Shown here: positions 36,130-45,465 of the stretch, one piece after another
Numbering within the stretch: position 1 is the stretch's first letter
Layout of the letters: every line of letters starts with the position of its first letter
Origin: Candidatus Hydrothermarchaeum profundi
GTDB taxonomy: Archaea > Hydrothermarchaeota > Hydrothermarchaeia > Hydrothermarchaeales > Hydrothermarchaeaceae
DNA: 64,000 nt
Assembly: GCA_002011125.2 (NCBI GenBank)
Contig: MTMF02000009.1
Coordinates: 440,045 to 504,044, forward strand
Direction: 5' to 3'
Position numbers and translations under genes: made by a program
Notes under the pieces: model-generated
Seen by the model: the letters and a program-made list of their open reading frames with translations, nothing else
The model's database searches: none
Told to the model about the DNA's origin: nothing

Positions 36130-36903
36130 AGTATCGAGGATATGCTGATCTATTAAAGCCGTTCTACTTAGACTAATTTTAGATTCAAAAATATTTTGAG
36201 TAAGATTATCCAGAGAGTATTTCTCATAATTAAATTCAAAAGGATATCTTATATCCCATAAGATCAAGCCTTCAGGACCGGAGGGAGGTATTTTTTTATT
36301 TATCTCCGGATTGAAGTACATTTTAAGATTTTCTAGAGTTATTTCGCCATTGCCCACTTTTTTCAATGCAGTCATTATTCTTCTTACCATTTGCCATAAA
36401 AAGCTTTTACCCGATAATGTAACAACAAAAAATTCGCCCTCCTTGTTTATATCTGCTTTATTAATTCTTCTAATGGGATTCCTCTTATCTGAGACGCAGA
36501 AATTATGGAAGCTGTGAATTCCCTCAAAGACTTTTATCCCTTTTTTTAATAATTCAAGATCATACCCTTCATCATACAAAAAATATTTATATACTCTTTC
36601 CAATGCCTCATTCCGAGGATTAAAATCATCAGAAACTTCTCTAATACCATAAACTCTTATATTTCTCGATATTACACTATTCAACATCCTTGGTGATATT
36701 TTGATGTTAGTTGTAACTGCGAATACGTTTCCAAGAGCAGAAACACCTTTATCCGTTCTCCCCGCCCTTTGAAAATTACTTGCCACTATACCAAGCTTTT
36801 CAAATCCTTCAATTAGCTCTCCTTCAACAGTTCGAACACCTGGCTGTATTTGAGAGCCGAAAAAACTTTTGCCATCATAATAAACCTTAAGGGCGTATCT
36901 CAT
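36109..36903 (-). CDS. truA: tRNA pseudouridine(38-40) synthase TruA/Pus1 family
   Basis: 'AGRTDKGVSALGNV' contains the catalytic Asp motif; 'FHNF', 'GKSFLWQMVRRI'. Confidence 0.85.
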   Translation of the reverse strand: MRYALKVYYDGKSFFGSQIQPGVRTVEGELIEGFEKLGIVASNFQRAGRTDKGVSALGNVFAVTTNIKISPRMLNSVISRNIRVYGIREVSDDFNPRNEALERVYKYFLYDEGYDLELLKKGIKVFEGIHSFHNFCVSDKRNPIRRINKADINKEGEFFVVTLSGKSFLWQMVRRIMTALKKVGNGEITLENLKMYFNPEINKKIPPSGPEGLILWDIRYPFEFNYEKYSLDNLTQNIFESKISLSRTALIDQHILDTLSKLKK

Positions 36904-37601
36904 TCAACGCTCCTCAAACCACTTCCAACTATCGTGAATTTAGTACTTATAGATTCCGGCATAGAGCGATGCCTTCTAAGAATAGCGACTCTAACACCAT
37001 TTTCTTTTTGAAGTTCTATTATCGTCTTGCTCCAATATTTCAAAATATTTCCGCCTACGGGTTCCACGCCTCCATTCTCAAAAGAGGAGTAAACTTGATT
37101 AGTTATAATCACAGCTAAATTAAACTTCTTAGCTACCTCTCTGAGAAGTTCAAGTTGCTTGCTGAGCTGGCGACTCATTGACAGTTTATCTTCATCTGCT
37201 CCTGTCCTAAATAGCGTTACTGCGCTATCTAAAACAATTAAACCAAAATCTTCGTTAACTACCTTACCTAAGTTTTTAATAATTTTATCCTGCTCTTCAA
37301 AATTGGTGGGTTCAAAGAATATACAATTCTCCAGTACTCTCTTAAAATCATCCTTTGCTATCTGTTTTATCCTCTCGATAGAGTGACCTCCTTCTGTATC
37401 AATAAAAATTACTTTCTTCCCGGCTCTTACGCAGTTGATAGCGAGAATAAGGCAAATATTTGTTTTCCCACTAGCAGGAGGACCATAAATTTGCGTAATA
37501 ATTTTACTCTCTATTCCTCCCCCAAGTATGTCATCAATGCAACATCCTATCTGCAGTTTTTTAGTATTGTCAACGGCGCGGAAAGGTTCCAGTTCTTTCA
37601 T
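36900..37601 (-). CDS. radB: DNA repair and recombination protein RadB
   Basis: RecA-fold with Walker A 'GPPASGKTN' and Walker B 'LIVLDS'. At 233 aa there is no N-terminal HhH domain, so this is RadB rather than RadA. A 4-nt overlap with truA. Confidence 0.8.
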   Translation of the reverse strand: MKELEPFRAVDNTKKLQIGCCIDDILGGGIESKIITQIYGPPASGKTNICLILAINCVRAGKKVIFIDTEGGHSIERIKQIAKDDFKRVLENCIFFEPTNFEEQDKIIKNLGKVVNEDFGLIVLDSAVTLFRTGADEDKLSMSRQLSKQLELLREVAKKFNLAVIITNQVYSSFENGGVEPVGGNILKYWSKTIIELQKENGVRVAILRRHRSMPESISTKFTIVGSGLRSVE

Positions 37602-37671
37602 TTTAAAACCATGTTTGAATTACTCCAACATTTTCCTCCCTGAGATATAATTCTTTTCCTTTCCATATTTA

Positions 37672-40600
37672 TTAATTGATGAAATCAGATAATGAAACCT
37701 GCTTCGCTGCATCATTATCGAAGACTGACGAAATACTCATTTCTATGATTTCAATTCTCTGGCGTAGATAATCTTCTAACCGGTAATCTTCTATTAAGGA
37801 TTTAGTGACCTCAAGATATTTTTCAACAGAGCCCTTAGAAACCGTCAATACTAGTTTTCCTCCACCACATTTCCTACACTTCCCATTCAAAGGTACCCTC
37901 CGGTATTTTGTGTTGCAATTAACGCATCTAGTGGTTTGCTTTGAAAAAGCCCTTAAATTACCCGCCAAATCAGGTAAAAAATGGCTTTCTATTACTCTAC
38001 GCGCTACGTCTTTTTCATCCACGGCTCTTATTTTCTTGGCTAAATCAAGTTGATGACGCACTTTTTCAAACATAGCTCCTAAGGTTTTATAGGAACTCAT
38101 CACCGGTCCAGAAGAAATTTCACTAGTATCATGCGTAAACTTTAAGCCATAATACTGCTCTGGCTTTCCGATTCTATTAGATACCGTTTCTATTAAGCTT
38201 GCCATCTCCTGAGGACGAGCATATCTAAGACTAGCTTCAAAGAATTCTAAAGGATATTTTTCCACTATATCTAAATTGTGAGCCTCATCATCAATCTCAG
38301 CCGGATCTAGCTTCAATGTTAGAACTAAAGGAGCGTCCATTTTTCCTCCTCTTGTACTAGGTAGATATTTTTTAGAGAAATTAATCAAAGCATCAAGGAG
38401 AAGTATAACAGAATCCTCATCTCCATCACAGTTCCGTCGGCGCGCAGCATGAAAATAAGGATGCGCATATCCAACATTAGCCTTACAAAATCCGATTATC
38501 CTGCCTAATATTGCCGCAGACGTATGAGGAGCCAAACCAATAACAAGGTGTCCTAAAAGGTCTTCCTTAGTTTCAGCTCTATAGAAGGGCTCTAGCCCGT
38601 ATAGCTGAGTTAATAAATCGTCAACAAATTTAGCAACCCTGAGAAGATAATCAGCGCCTGCCTCAGGAAGTATTATATCCTGACACTTAAGCTCAACAAT
38701 TTGGTCATCTCTCTCTAATGGCCTGCCTTTGTAGTCCTTTTCATATCCTAGTTCTTTCAGCTTCTCTACTGAAACATTAATTTCGGAAGGTCTGAAATGC
38801 GTTAGAGGAACATCAGTAGAATCAAATCTAATCGTTCCATCTTTAAAAACAAAAACTCTATGTCTCGATCTTAAGATACCTTTTTCAAGTGGCTCAGGTA
38901 TCTTAAATGATGACGTCATCCCTATAACTCCTTTTAAATCATTAAAGGCGTTGCCCACTTTTTTAACAGCCTCATTTAACTCCTCCCTAACATTTATCTC
39001 TCTTTCCTCAAAGCATTTAGTTGGAGCTGCACATGCCGGGTTTTTACAAATCTCAGTGTTATTCTCATAAACTCTACCGCATTTAATACAGATTCTTTTT
39101 AGCTTAGTGACCTTTCCACACGTAGGGCAAAGGGTTTTAAAGGTGATTTTACCACACACCGGACAGCTTCTTCTTGCAATCTCTACTCTTATTTTGAAGT
39201 TTTGAGCAGCCTTCTTAACATCCCGTGTCCTACCTCCCTCTTGACCTACTGGGAAAAGTACGTTAACAGGCGGTTGCATTTTTCTTTCCTTTGCTTTCTC
39301 CGGTCTTCCCATTCTAGCTCCAATATACGTAGGTGCCTTAGCCCTAACCTTTATACCAAAGCTATTAACAATTTCCATTACATCTAACGATTTATCAAAG
39401 ACCTTATTGAATTGATCCATAGAAAAATCCTGTATTCCTAAAACTCTTAATAGCGCTTTATATTCCTCTATTATTATATTATTGCCTTTAACGCTATGCG
39501 GTACTCCAAGTACTTCTAGAACCCTTTTTGCATCAGACTTTTTTAAGACAAGGGCGTCGCTTTCAATTTGACCTTGGCATAGCCATTCACACAGTTTTTT
39601 AAGATCATCTTTTTCTATGTCATGATAAAAGTAAGTATATCTTGGATGAAGAGGTATTGCAAGTTCTTCTGATATCTTTAAAGCTACTTCTTGGGAAGGT
39701 ATCCTTTTTCTATCAATATACTCTCTAAATTTCCCACTATCTGCCTCCTCCAACTCTTGAATCCACCACTCTTCCACATAGCCGGACGGCATTAGAACAT
39801 GATTATTTTCCAAAAAATCTCCAAAACTAACTAGGATGTCCCCCAAAAAAAGAATCTCCTTTATACTATCCTTCACTCTTTCTGCTTCTTCTTCGCTTTC
39901 AACTCTAATAACGCTTCCATCTACCAGCTTAACTATAGGTCCTTCAATTTCATCGCATGGTGTTATTGCTGAACCTTTACCGGGCCTCTCGGTTTTTATT
40001 TGAGTTCCAATAGCAATAAACCCGTCTAGCAAAATCATCGTAGCTGGGTGCAACGAGCATGCTGCCAGACCCGAATTCCTACACCTACCGTATCTTAATC
40101 TTAATCCTCCCTTCCTAGAAGGATGAGACAAAACCGGTCTACCAGCTATTAAGTCTTTAATATACTTATAATTAGGGCTTATTTCAATATTACTTTCGAC
40201 TCTTTCTACTTTTGAGTTATTAATCTCTCTGAGCCATTCCCATCCCTTTAGATCAAGTTTTTCAACGTATTTCAATATTTTAGGCGCTTTCTGAAGAACT
40301 CCTTCTGCTAATGCAAGAATAGCTCCTCCTCTTAGTTGATTTGTTTCAACTCTTGGGAGGTCTCTATACCCAGAGACCTCTATTTTATCTGTTGACTCGC
40401 CAGTAATTTCAATAGGGATATTTCTTACTGCTAACCGCGTTTCCTTTGCACTAGGAAGATACTGAAGTCTAGCGGCTTCTTGGTTATATAAATCCACTTC
40501 CTCTACGAATCTCTCTATCTCATCGCTAGTAGGTTTATATCTATCTAGACCAACTGCTCTTCTAATATAATCTCCGGTTAACACAGCAAGAGCTTGAGCA

Positions 40601-41034
40601 GATCCTCCTGCAGATCTTATAGGCCCCGCAAAATAAATAGCCAAATATTTTGAGCCATCTAAATTTTTTTTAACTTTAACTTTAACTATACCTTCTAGCG
40701 GAGCGGCTACAATTCCTTCAGTAAGTATCGCTAGGGAAGTTCTTATTGCCTGTTCTGAGGCTTCTTCTAATGAAGAAAAATTTTGAAATTTACCTTCCAC
40801 AATTTCTTTAGCAATTTTAAGAGAGGCCTCCTCCTTTGACATGCTAGAAGTCAATTCTCGAATTCTATTAGAAATGCCGGGAGGACCAACTAATCCTTCT
40901 ACCCTCTCCGCTAGATCTTTAGCTAATGGTATCTCTGGGTCTAACTCGGGGTCATAACCTCGCTTCCTTGCCTTACGAGCTACCTCATATGCTTTTTCAA
41001 CCTCCTCTTCCAGTTTTTTAAAATATAACATCAT
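37672..41034 (-). CDS. polC: DNA polymerase II (PolD) large subunit DP2
   Basis: 1120 aa with several CxxC zinc clusters ('CPVCGK...CPTCG', 'CIKCG', 'CVNCNTKYRRVPLNGKCRKCGG') and 'NCDGDEDS' catalytic-centre-like motif. No intein-sized insertion. Confidence 0.95.
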   Translation of the reverse strand: MMLYFKKLEEEVEKAYEVARKARKRGYDPELDPEIPLAKDLAERVEGLVGPPGISNRIRELTSSMSKEEASLKIAKEIVEGKFQNFSSLEEASEQAIRTSLAILTEGIVAAPLEGIVKVKVKKNLDGSKYLAIYFAGPIRSAGGSAQALAVLTGDYIRRAVGLDRYKPTSDEIERFVEEVDLYNQEAARLQYLPSAKETRLAVRNIPIEITGESTDKIEVSGYRDLPRVETNQLRGGAILALAEGVLQKAPKILKYVEKLDLKGWEWLREINNSKVERVESNIEISPNYKYIKDLIAGRPVLSHPSRKGGLRLRYGRCRNSGLAACSLHPATMILLDGFIAIGTQIKTERPGKGSAITPCDEIEGPIVKLVDGSVIRVESEEEAERVKDSIKEILFLGDILVSFGDFLENNHVLMPSGYVEEWWIQELEEADSGKFREYIDRKRIPSQEVALKISEELAIPLHPRYTYFYHDIEKDDLKKLCEWLCQGQIESDALVLKKSDAKRVLEVLGVPHSVKGNNIIIEEYKALLRVLGIQDFSMDQFNKVFDKSLDVMEIVNSFGIKVRAKAPTYIGARMGRPEKAKERKMQPPVNVLFPVGQEGGRTRDVKKAAQNFKIRVEIARRSCPVCGKITFKTLCPTCGKVTKLKRICIKCGRVYENNTEICKNPACAAPTKCFEEREINVREELNEAVKKVGNAFNDLKGVIGMTSSFKIPEPLEKGILRSRHRVFVFKDGTIRFDSTDVPLTHFRPSEINVSVEKLKELGYEKDYKGRPLERDDQIVELKCQDIILPEAGADYLLRVAKFVDDLLTQLYGLEPFYRAETKEDLLGHLVIGLAPHTSAAILGRIIGFCKANVGYAHPYFHAARRRNCDGDEDSVILLLDALINFSKKYLPSTRGGKMDAPLVLTLKLDPAEIDDEAHNLDIVEKYPLEFFEASLRYARPQEMASLIETVSNRIGKPEQYYGLKFTHDTSEISSGPVMSSYKTLGAMFEKVRHQLDLAKKIRAVDEKDVARRVIESHFLPDLAGNLRAFSKQTTRCVNCNTKYRRVPLNGKCRKCGGGKLVLTVSKGSVEKYLEVTKSLIEDYRLEDYLRQRIEIIEMSISSVFDNDAAKQVSLSDFIN

Positions 41035-42524
41035 AAGAACTCCATTTTAATAGTCTTAAGCTCAGAAAGGTCAATTATTGGAACTTTTCCTGGAGTTGGG
41101 ATCATGTTCAGTTTCCTCTGAAATGATGTTTGATCCTGAAAGGTACCAGAATTTATAAGGGTTACTCCCCTATATTGAGCCCATCCATAGTGGTGTACAT
41201 GTCCTAAGTGGAGAATATCCGGAAGATCTTCTATAACCATATAGTCCATGCTCTCCGGGGCTAAGGGAATTTTTCCCCCATAGATGGGAGTTAAATGCCT
41301 TTTCCTAAGAAGCTCTAACATTGCTTTTTCTGGCTTAGAATAAGAGTGATCCGGTAATGTTGAAATTATGTCATCTAGACTTCTCCCATGGTATGAAAGG
41401 ACTTCAACTCCATGAAATGTAGTTCTACAGGGATTGCCGACCATATGAAATCTAGAGTTTTCATAGAATCTAGGTGCAAAATCCTGGCTTATAGCAGGCT
41501 GAGGTTCTGCTTGTCTAACCGCATCGTGATTTCCAGGAAGAACTATTATCTCGATATAATCTGGAATCTCCTCTAAAAAATCTGCGACTCTCTTATATTG
41601 CTGAGTAATATCTTTTATAACTAATTCCTTTTCTTGGCCTGGATAAACTCCCACTCCATCTACAAGGTCTCCACCAATGAGTAGATATTTTATCCTTTCT
41701 GCTAGATTCTTGTGTTTTAGACTCCCCATTTCACCTTTTAGCCACTTTATGAACTTAGTGAAAACTTCCTCTAAAAATTTAGTACTGCCCATATGAATAT
41801 CTGATATTAAAGCTAAACAGAGGGGAACATCGCTCTTATTGGCTTCTTTATTTATGGGCAGATCAGGGAACAAAATCTCTTCGGCAATAACCATGTCATT
41901 CCACATTCTTCCTACAACGCCGATTACCTCGTCTTTTACAAGGGAATTAGAAACTTTCAATAAGTCTCCATCATTTTTACTGAGTAATACAGTGATAGTG
42001 CCCGTAAGATCTTCTAGCTCTAGAAGGAGATGTCCTTTTTTACTCCATCTTATATCTGATATCATCCCAATTAATCTAACGTCATCTCGGCTTCTTCTGC
42101 GGAGGTCTTCTATATTAGCGGCATCTTTAAGTTGCTCTCTGACCCTAAGTATGTTAGAAATTTTTTCAAATCTATCCTGGAAATATTTAACAAATCCTTG
42201 GATATCCCCATTAGAAAAGGATCTATTTGTAATATCTAGTTCATTTTTTATTCTAAGTTCGGCGTCATACTCTTCGGCTAATGCTCTTTTCCTTTTTTTA
42301 AAAACAACTACATTATTTTCATTCTTTTCAAGAGAAGAGCCATTATTTTTTTTTAAAATAGTAATCTGCTCTACTGTTATTACGTTTTTGTTTTCTAGTT
42401 TTGTAAGTTTAGAAAGAATCCTCTCTATTTCGGAATCATCCATTTTTTTAAGCTCTTCTAATGCAAGAGGATGTAAGTTTAAATTTCCTTCCAAAAATCT
42501 GCTAATTATTTCAATATCATCCAT
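41031..42524 (-). CDS. polB: DNA polymerase II (PolD) small subunit DP1 (calcineurin-like phosphoesterase/exonuclease)
   Basis: 'LISDIHMGS', 'LIGGDLVDGVGVYPGQ', 'LPGNHD' and 'LHLGHVHH' are phosphodiesterase motifs. A 4-nt overlap with DP2. Confidence 0.9.
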   Translation of the reverse strand: MDDIEIISRFLEGNLNLHPLALEELKKMDDSEIERILSKLTKLENKNVITVEQITILKKNNGSSLEKNENNVVVFKKRKRALAEEYDAELRIKNELDITNRSFSNGDIQGFVKYFQDRFEKISNILRVREQLKDAANIEDLRRRSRDDVRLIGMISDIRWSKKGHLLLELEDLTGTITVLLSKNDGDLLKVSNSLVKDEVIGVVGRMWNDMVIAEEILFPDLPINKEANKSDVPLCLALISDIHMGSTKFLEEVFTKFIKWLKGEMGSLKHKNLAERIKYLLIGGDLVDGVGVYPGQEKELVIKDITQQYKRVADFLEEIPDYIEIIVLPGNHDAVRQAEPQPAISQDFAPRFYENSRFHMVGNPCRTTFHGVEVLSYHGRSLDDIISTLPDHSYSKPEKAMLELLRKRHLTPIYGGKIPLAPESMDYMVIEDLPDILHLGHVHHYGWAQYRGVTLINSGTFQDQTSFQRKLNMIPTPGKVPIIDLSELKTIKMEFL

Positions 42525-42542
42525 AAAGACGCCTCATTAATC

Positions 42543-43784
42543 CTAGAATAACCTACGCTGAGGAAACTTGAAGTTACTGAGGTTCCTTAGCCTCGTATCG
42601 TCTTCTAATACAAGCTTTATTCCTACAGGAGACACCTCAAGCTTTATCTCTTTAGTACGACCGTACCTCCCCTTACTTACCACATGAGAGTTTATGATAC
42701 CCAATAGGTCAAGTTCAGATATTAAATCTGAAACCCTTCTTTGAGTTAAAATATCAAGGGATAAAGATTTACACATACGTTTATAGATATCGTAAACTTC
42801 CCCCGTAGTAACCATTTCCGAGCCGCGCTCCTCCAAGAGAATAATTGCATAAAGAAGTACTTTTGATTGTGTTGGAAGAGTTCTTACAACTTCAACTATA
42901 TTATCTGACTCGATTTTCTCGTTCGCCCTCCTCACATGTTTTTCTGTGATAATTTCAGCGTTTTCCCTTTCAGCTACCTCTCCTGCCACTCTAAGAAGGT
43001 CTAAAGCCTTTCTCGCATCACCATGCTCACGAGCAGCAAGAGCAGCGCAAAGAGGAATAACGAACTCATCCAATACTCCCGGCTTGAAAGCCATTTCCGC
43101 TCTCTGTCTAAGTATATCCTCAAGTTGCCTTGCGTTATACGGTGAAAATACTAATTCCTCCTCGCTTAAAGAACTTTGAACTCTAGGATCTAGGTAATTT
43201 GTGAATCTCAGATCGTTAGAAATCCCTACAATACTTACCTTAGCGTTTTTAAGTTCAGAATTTATTCTTGTTAGATTATATACTACAGTATCACCACTTT
43301 TACTTACTAGCTTATCTATTTCATCTAGAATTATTATTACACATCTATTTTCCTCATCTATAGATTTTTTAAAGGCGTTGTAGACTTTATCTGTGGGCCA
43401 TCCAGTAAACGGTATTTTTTCTCCAAAATGTTTAGCGAGATTTGCCAAAATCCTATACTGCGTATCAGTTACTTCGCAATTTAGATAGATAGGCGTAACA
43501 GGATAGAAGTTAGTATTTTTCTTTAATGTTTCAACTAATAAATCACATACAAATTTTGTTACAATAGTTTTTCCTGTACCATTTTTTCCATAAATTAGAA
43601 TATTGGAGGGAGTTTCTCCTTTTAATGCCGGAGCAAGTATCGTAGCAAGTTGTTTAATCTCTGATTCTCTATGAGGGAGCTCTGAAGGTGTATAAGAATG
43701 CCTGAGTATATCTTTATCTTTAAATAGTGGTTCTTTCGATAGAATAGATTCAAATATGCCACTAAACGAACTTTTAAGGTCCAT
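42543..43784 (-). CDS. cdc6: Orc1/Cdc6 origin-recognition / replication initiator protein
   Basis: 'LPHRESEIKQLA', Walker A 'YGKNGTGKT', Walker B 'IIILDEID', 'GDARKALDLLR' sensor-2 and a C-terminal winged helix. Stop codon is TAG. Confidence 0.9.
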   Translation of the reverse strand: MDLKSSFSGIFESILSKEPLFKDKDILRHSYTPSELPHRESEIKQLATILAPALKGETPSNILIYGKNGTGKTIVTKFVCDLLVETLKKNTNFYPVTPIYLNCEVTDTQYRILANLAKHFGEKIPFTGWPTDKVYNAFKKSIDEENRCVIIILDEIDKLVSKSGDTVVYNLTRINSELKNAKVSIVGISNDLRFTNYLDPRVQSSLSEEELVFSPYNARQLEDILRQRAEMAFKPGVLDEFVIPLCAALAAREHGDARKALDLLRVAGEVAERENAEIITEKHVRRANEKIESDNIVEVVRTLPTQSKVLLYAIILLEERGSEMVTTGEVYDIYKRMCKSLSLDILTQRRVSDLISELDLLGIINSHVVSKGRYGRTKEIKLEVSPVGIKLVLEDDTRLRNLSNFKFPQRRLF

Positions 43785-44011
43785 ACGAAACCCCGGCCTT
43801 TAATTTCATGTTTTCACCCACAGCTCCATAAGAAATAAAGGTTTTCTGTAAAACTTCGTAGTAGAGATAGTTTAAATTAATATTTAATGCTTTTGTGTCG
43901 ACAACTAATACTTCCTATGGAGTTAATTATCTTGAGTAATTTAAAGGGTAAGGTAGCCCCGAAAGATTGTTTAAAAAATTATTGCAAAAATATTTAATGA
44001 CAAGAGGGTAT

Positions 44012-44030
44012 TATTTCCACTGGAAATTTG
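44012..44030. repeat. ORB-like repeat copy 1: TATTTCCACTGGAAATTTG
   Basis: Read directly. The core TTCCA-C-TGGAA is itself a 5-1-5 palindrome. Confidence 0.8.
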
Positions 44031-44056
44031 ACTGTTTTAATATTTCTATACCCTTA

Positions 44057-44075
44057 TATTTCCACTGGAAATTTG
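44057..44075. repeat. ORB-like repeat copy 2: TATTTCCACTGGAAATTTG (direct orientation, 45-bp period)
   Basis: Identical 19-mer. Flanks AGGGTAT (44005-44011) and ATACCCT (44048-44054) are mutually inverted. Confidence 0.8.
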
Positions 44076-44329
44076 CAGAATACTGTGTGTGCTTTAAATA
44101 CTGGAGATATTCCAACGACAAAATTTAAAAAGGAATTTATTAATGTCTCCTTTAGCATATTTACTTCATATAATAACTTACTGTTTTTATTCAAAAATTT
44201 ATCCGACTTAATAAGTTTTCAATAAATATTTATAGTAGTAAGTGAAAGAAAAGATAGGGGATTTTTGATTAAAACTTTTTTGTAATACCATTATAGTAAT
44301 TTATTTGCATTAGAAATATAGGGGTCTCT

Positions 44330-44854
44330 CTAGTATTCCAGCTTATTTAGCTGTTGTCGTAATTTATCCAATTTCACTTTTATTGGCTTTAAACCTTCAG
44401 CATCATGATTCTCAAATAAAAACCTATATAGAGAATGATATTTTATTGACAAATCAAAATATCGTAATTCTAATTTTTTTGGGTCTTCATAGTGCTTAAT
44501 TAAATCTTCCTTCAAAAAGTTGATGTCATTTTCAAGATCTTTAATTATTCTCTGTGAAAAAAGATCCCATTTAACTATAGAATGATCTCTTCTTGTAAAA
44601 CCTTTTTCTATTATTATTTTACTGACAGAGTAATCTTCATAAGGTTCCGAGTTTCCTAAAATATATCCGAGTTTATTCTCCGAATTCTCTTCTGGAAAAA
44701 TCTTATAAATTATGTATTCGTTTTCAAGCTCTTCTAAATAATTATTCAATATTTTTAAATTCTTTCTGTCAGTTAGTTCATTCCAAACTATCTCAATTTC
44801 ATCATTAAAAGCAATAAAGAGCGAGTATACTATAGAAAGTATTAATTTTTTCAT
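44330..44854 (-). CDS. Hypothetical protein (no recognisable domain)
   Basis: 174-aa ORF, N/K/E/I/Y-rich with a hydrophobic N-terminus 'MKKLILSIVYSLFIAF'. Coding status rests only on length and tight packing with the neighbouring gene. Confidence 0.4.
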   Translation of the reverse strand: MKKLILSIVYSLFIAFNDEIEIVWNELTDRKNLKILNNYLEELENEYIIYKIFPEENSENKLGYILGNSEPYEDYSVSKIIIEKGFTRRDHSIVKWDLFSQRIIKDLENDINFLKEDLIKHYEDPKKLELRYFDLSIKYHSLYRFLFENHDAEGLKPIKVKLDKLRQQLNKLEY

Positions 44855-44858
44855 CTAA

Positions 44859-45113
44859 TTAACTTATTTTGATAGTTTCTAATTCGCTCGACACATTCCA
44901 TACGATAGTCCTAGCATGAATAGGAAGATTTCTATCGTTACTAATCTCTTCTAGTATGTATATTGCAGAAGAAACTCTTACCCCTAAATCCTCCTTATCG
45001 TTTAAAAGTATATTTTTTGCTTCTTCTGCCGATCTTCTAATATTTCTAGGAACAGAAGTGTCTTCAATAAGCTGATCTAAAACTTCTGCTACCTGTTTTA
45101 TTTTCTTCTCCAT
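44859..45113 (-). CDS. UPF0147 family protein (conserved archaeal, function unknown)
   Basis: 'DTSVPRNIRRSAEEA', 'ISNDRNLPIHARTIVWNV' matches the family signature as I remember it. Confidence 0.65.
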   Translation of the reverse strand: MEKKIKQVAEVLDQLIEDTSVPRNIRRSAEEAKNILLNDKEDLGVRVSSAIYILEEISNDRNLPIHARTIVWNVSSELETIKIS

Positions 45114-45161
45114 ATCAATACCTCCATAATAATAAATATAACTCCATTAATAAAAATTACC

Positions 45162-45461
45162 ATGGAAAAGGAAAAAGCTTTGAAAGAGATGGCAGATCTT
45201 CTATTATCCAAAGCTACGATGTTAAGATACCACTGTGCGGAATGTAAATCTCCCTTATTTGAGAAAGACGGTAAGATAATATGTCCCGTCTGTGGAGAAT
45301 TTGATCGAAAATCAGCGAAAGAGAAAAAGAAGAAATCCCATACTAGGGATATACTAAAGAAAAAAAGAGATGAATTGCTTAAACAATTAGAGAAGGAGAA
45401 AGATCCAAAAAAAATTTCGGAACTTGCAGAAGCGATAAGCAAGCTTGAAAAAATACTCTAA
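45162..45461 (+). CDS. UPF0148 / autoantigen-p27-like zinc-ribbon protein
   Basis: 'LLSKATMLRYHCAECKSPLFEKDGKIICPVCGE' followed by a K/E-rich tail. Confidence 0.6.
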   Translation: MEKEKALKEMADLLLSKATMLRYHCAECKSPLFEKDGKIICPVCGEFDRKSAKEKKKKSHTRDILKKKRDELLKQLEKEKDPKKISELAEAISKLEKIL

Positions 45462-45465
45462 AAGT

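Larger units (their letters stand above)
43785..44329. other. Probable chromosomal replication origin (oriC) next to cdc6: 545-bp non-coding AT-rich region with ORB-like repeats
   Basis: No credible ORF. Two perfect 19-bp repeats contain TTCCACTGGAAA. A very AT-rich tract lies at about 44080-44330. Position is immediately upstream of cdc6-DP1-DP2. Confidence 0.6.

Noticed and set aside
44012-44075. The two identical 19-bp direct repeats as a mini CRISPR array.
   Set aside because: There are only two copies and no cas genes or leader. The repeat matches the Orc1-binding mini-ORB consensus and lies next to cdc6.
44028-44225. 65-aa ORF inside the cdc6-proximal spacer.
   Set aside because: It spans the ORB-like repeats and the AT-rich tract, has no SD and a nonsense-like composition. 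The region is better explained as the origin.
45098-45442. 114-aa minus-strand ORF.
   Set aside because: It is antisense to the UPF0148 zinc-ribbon gene and overlaps the UPF0147 start. The translation is S/F-rich low complexity.
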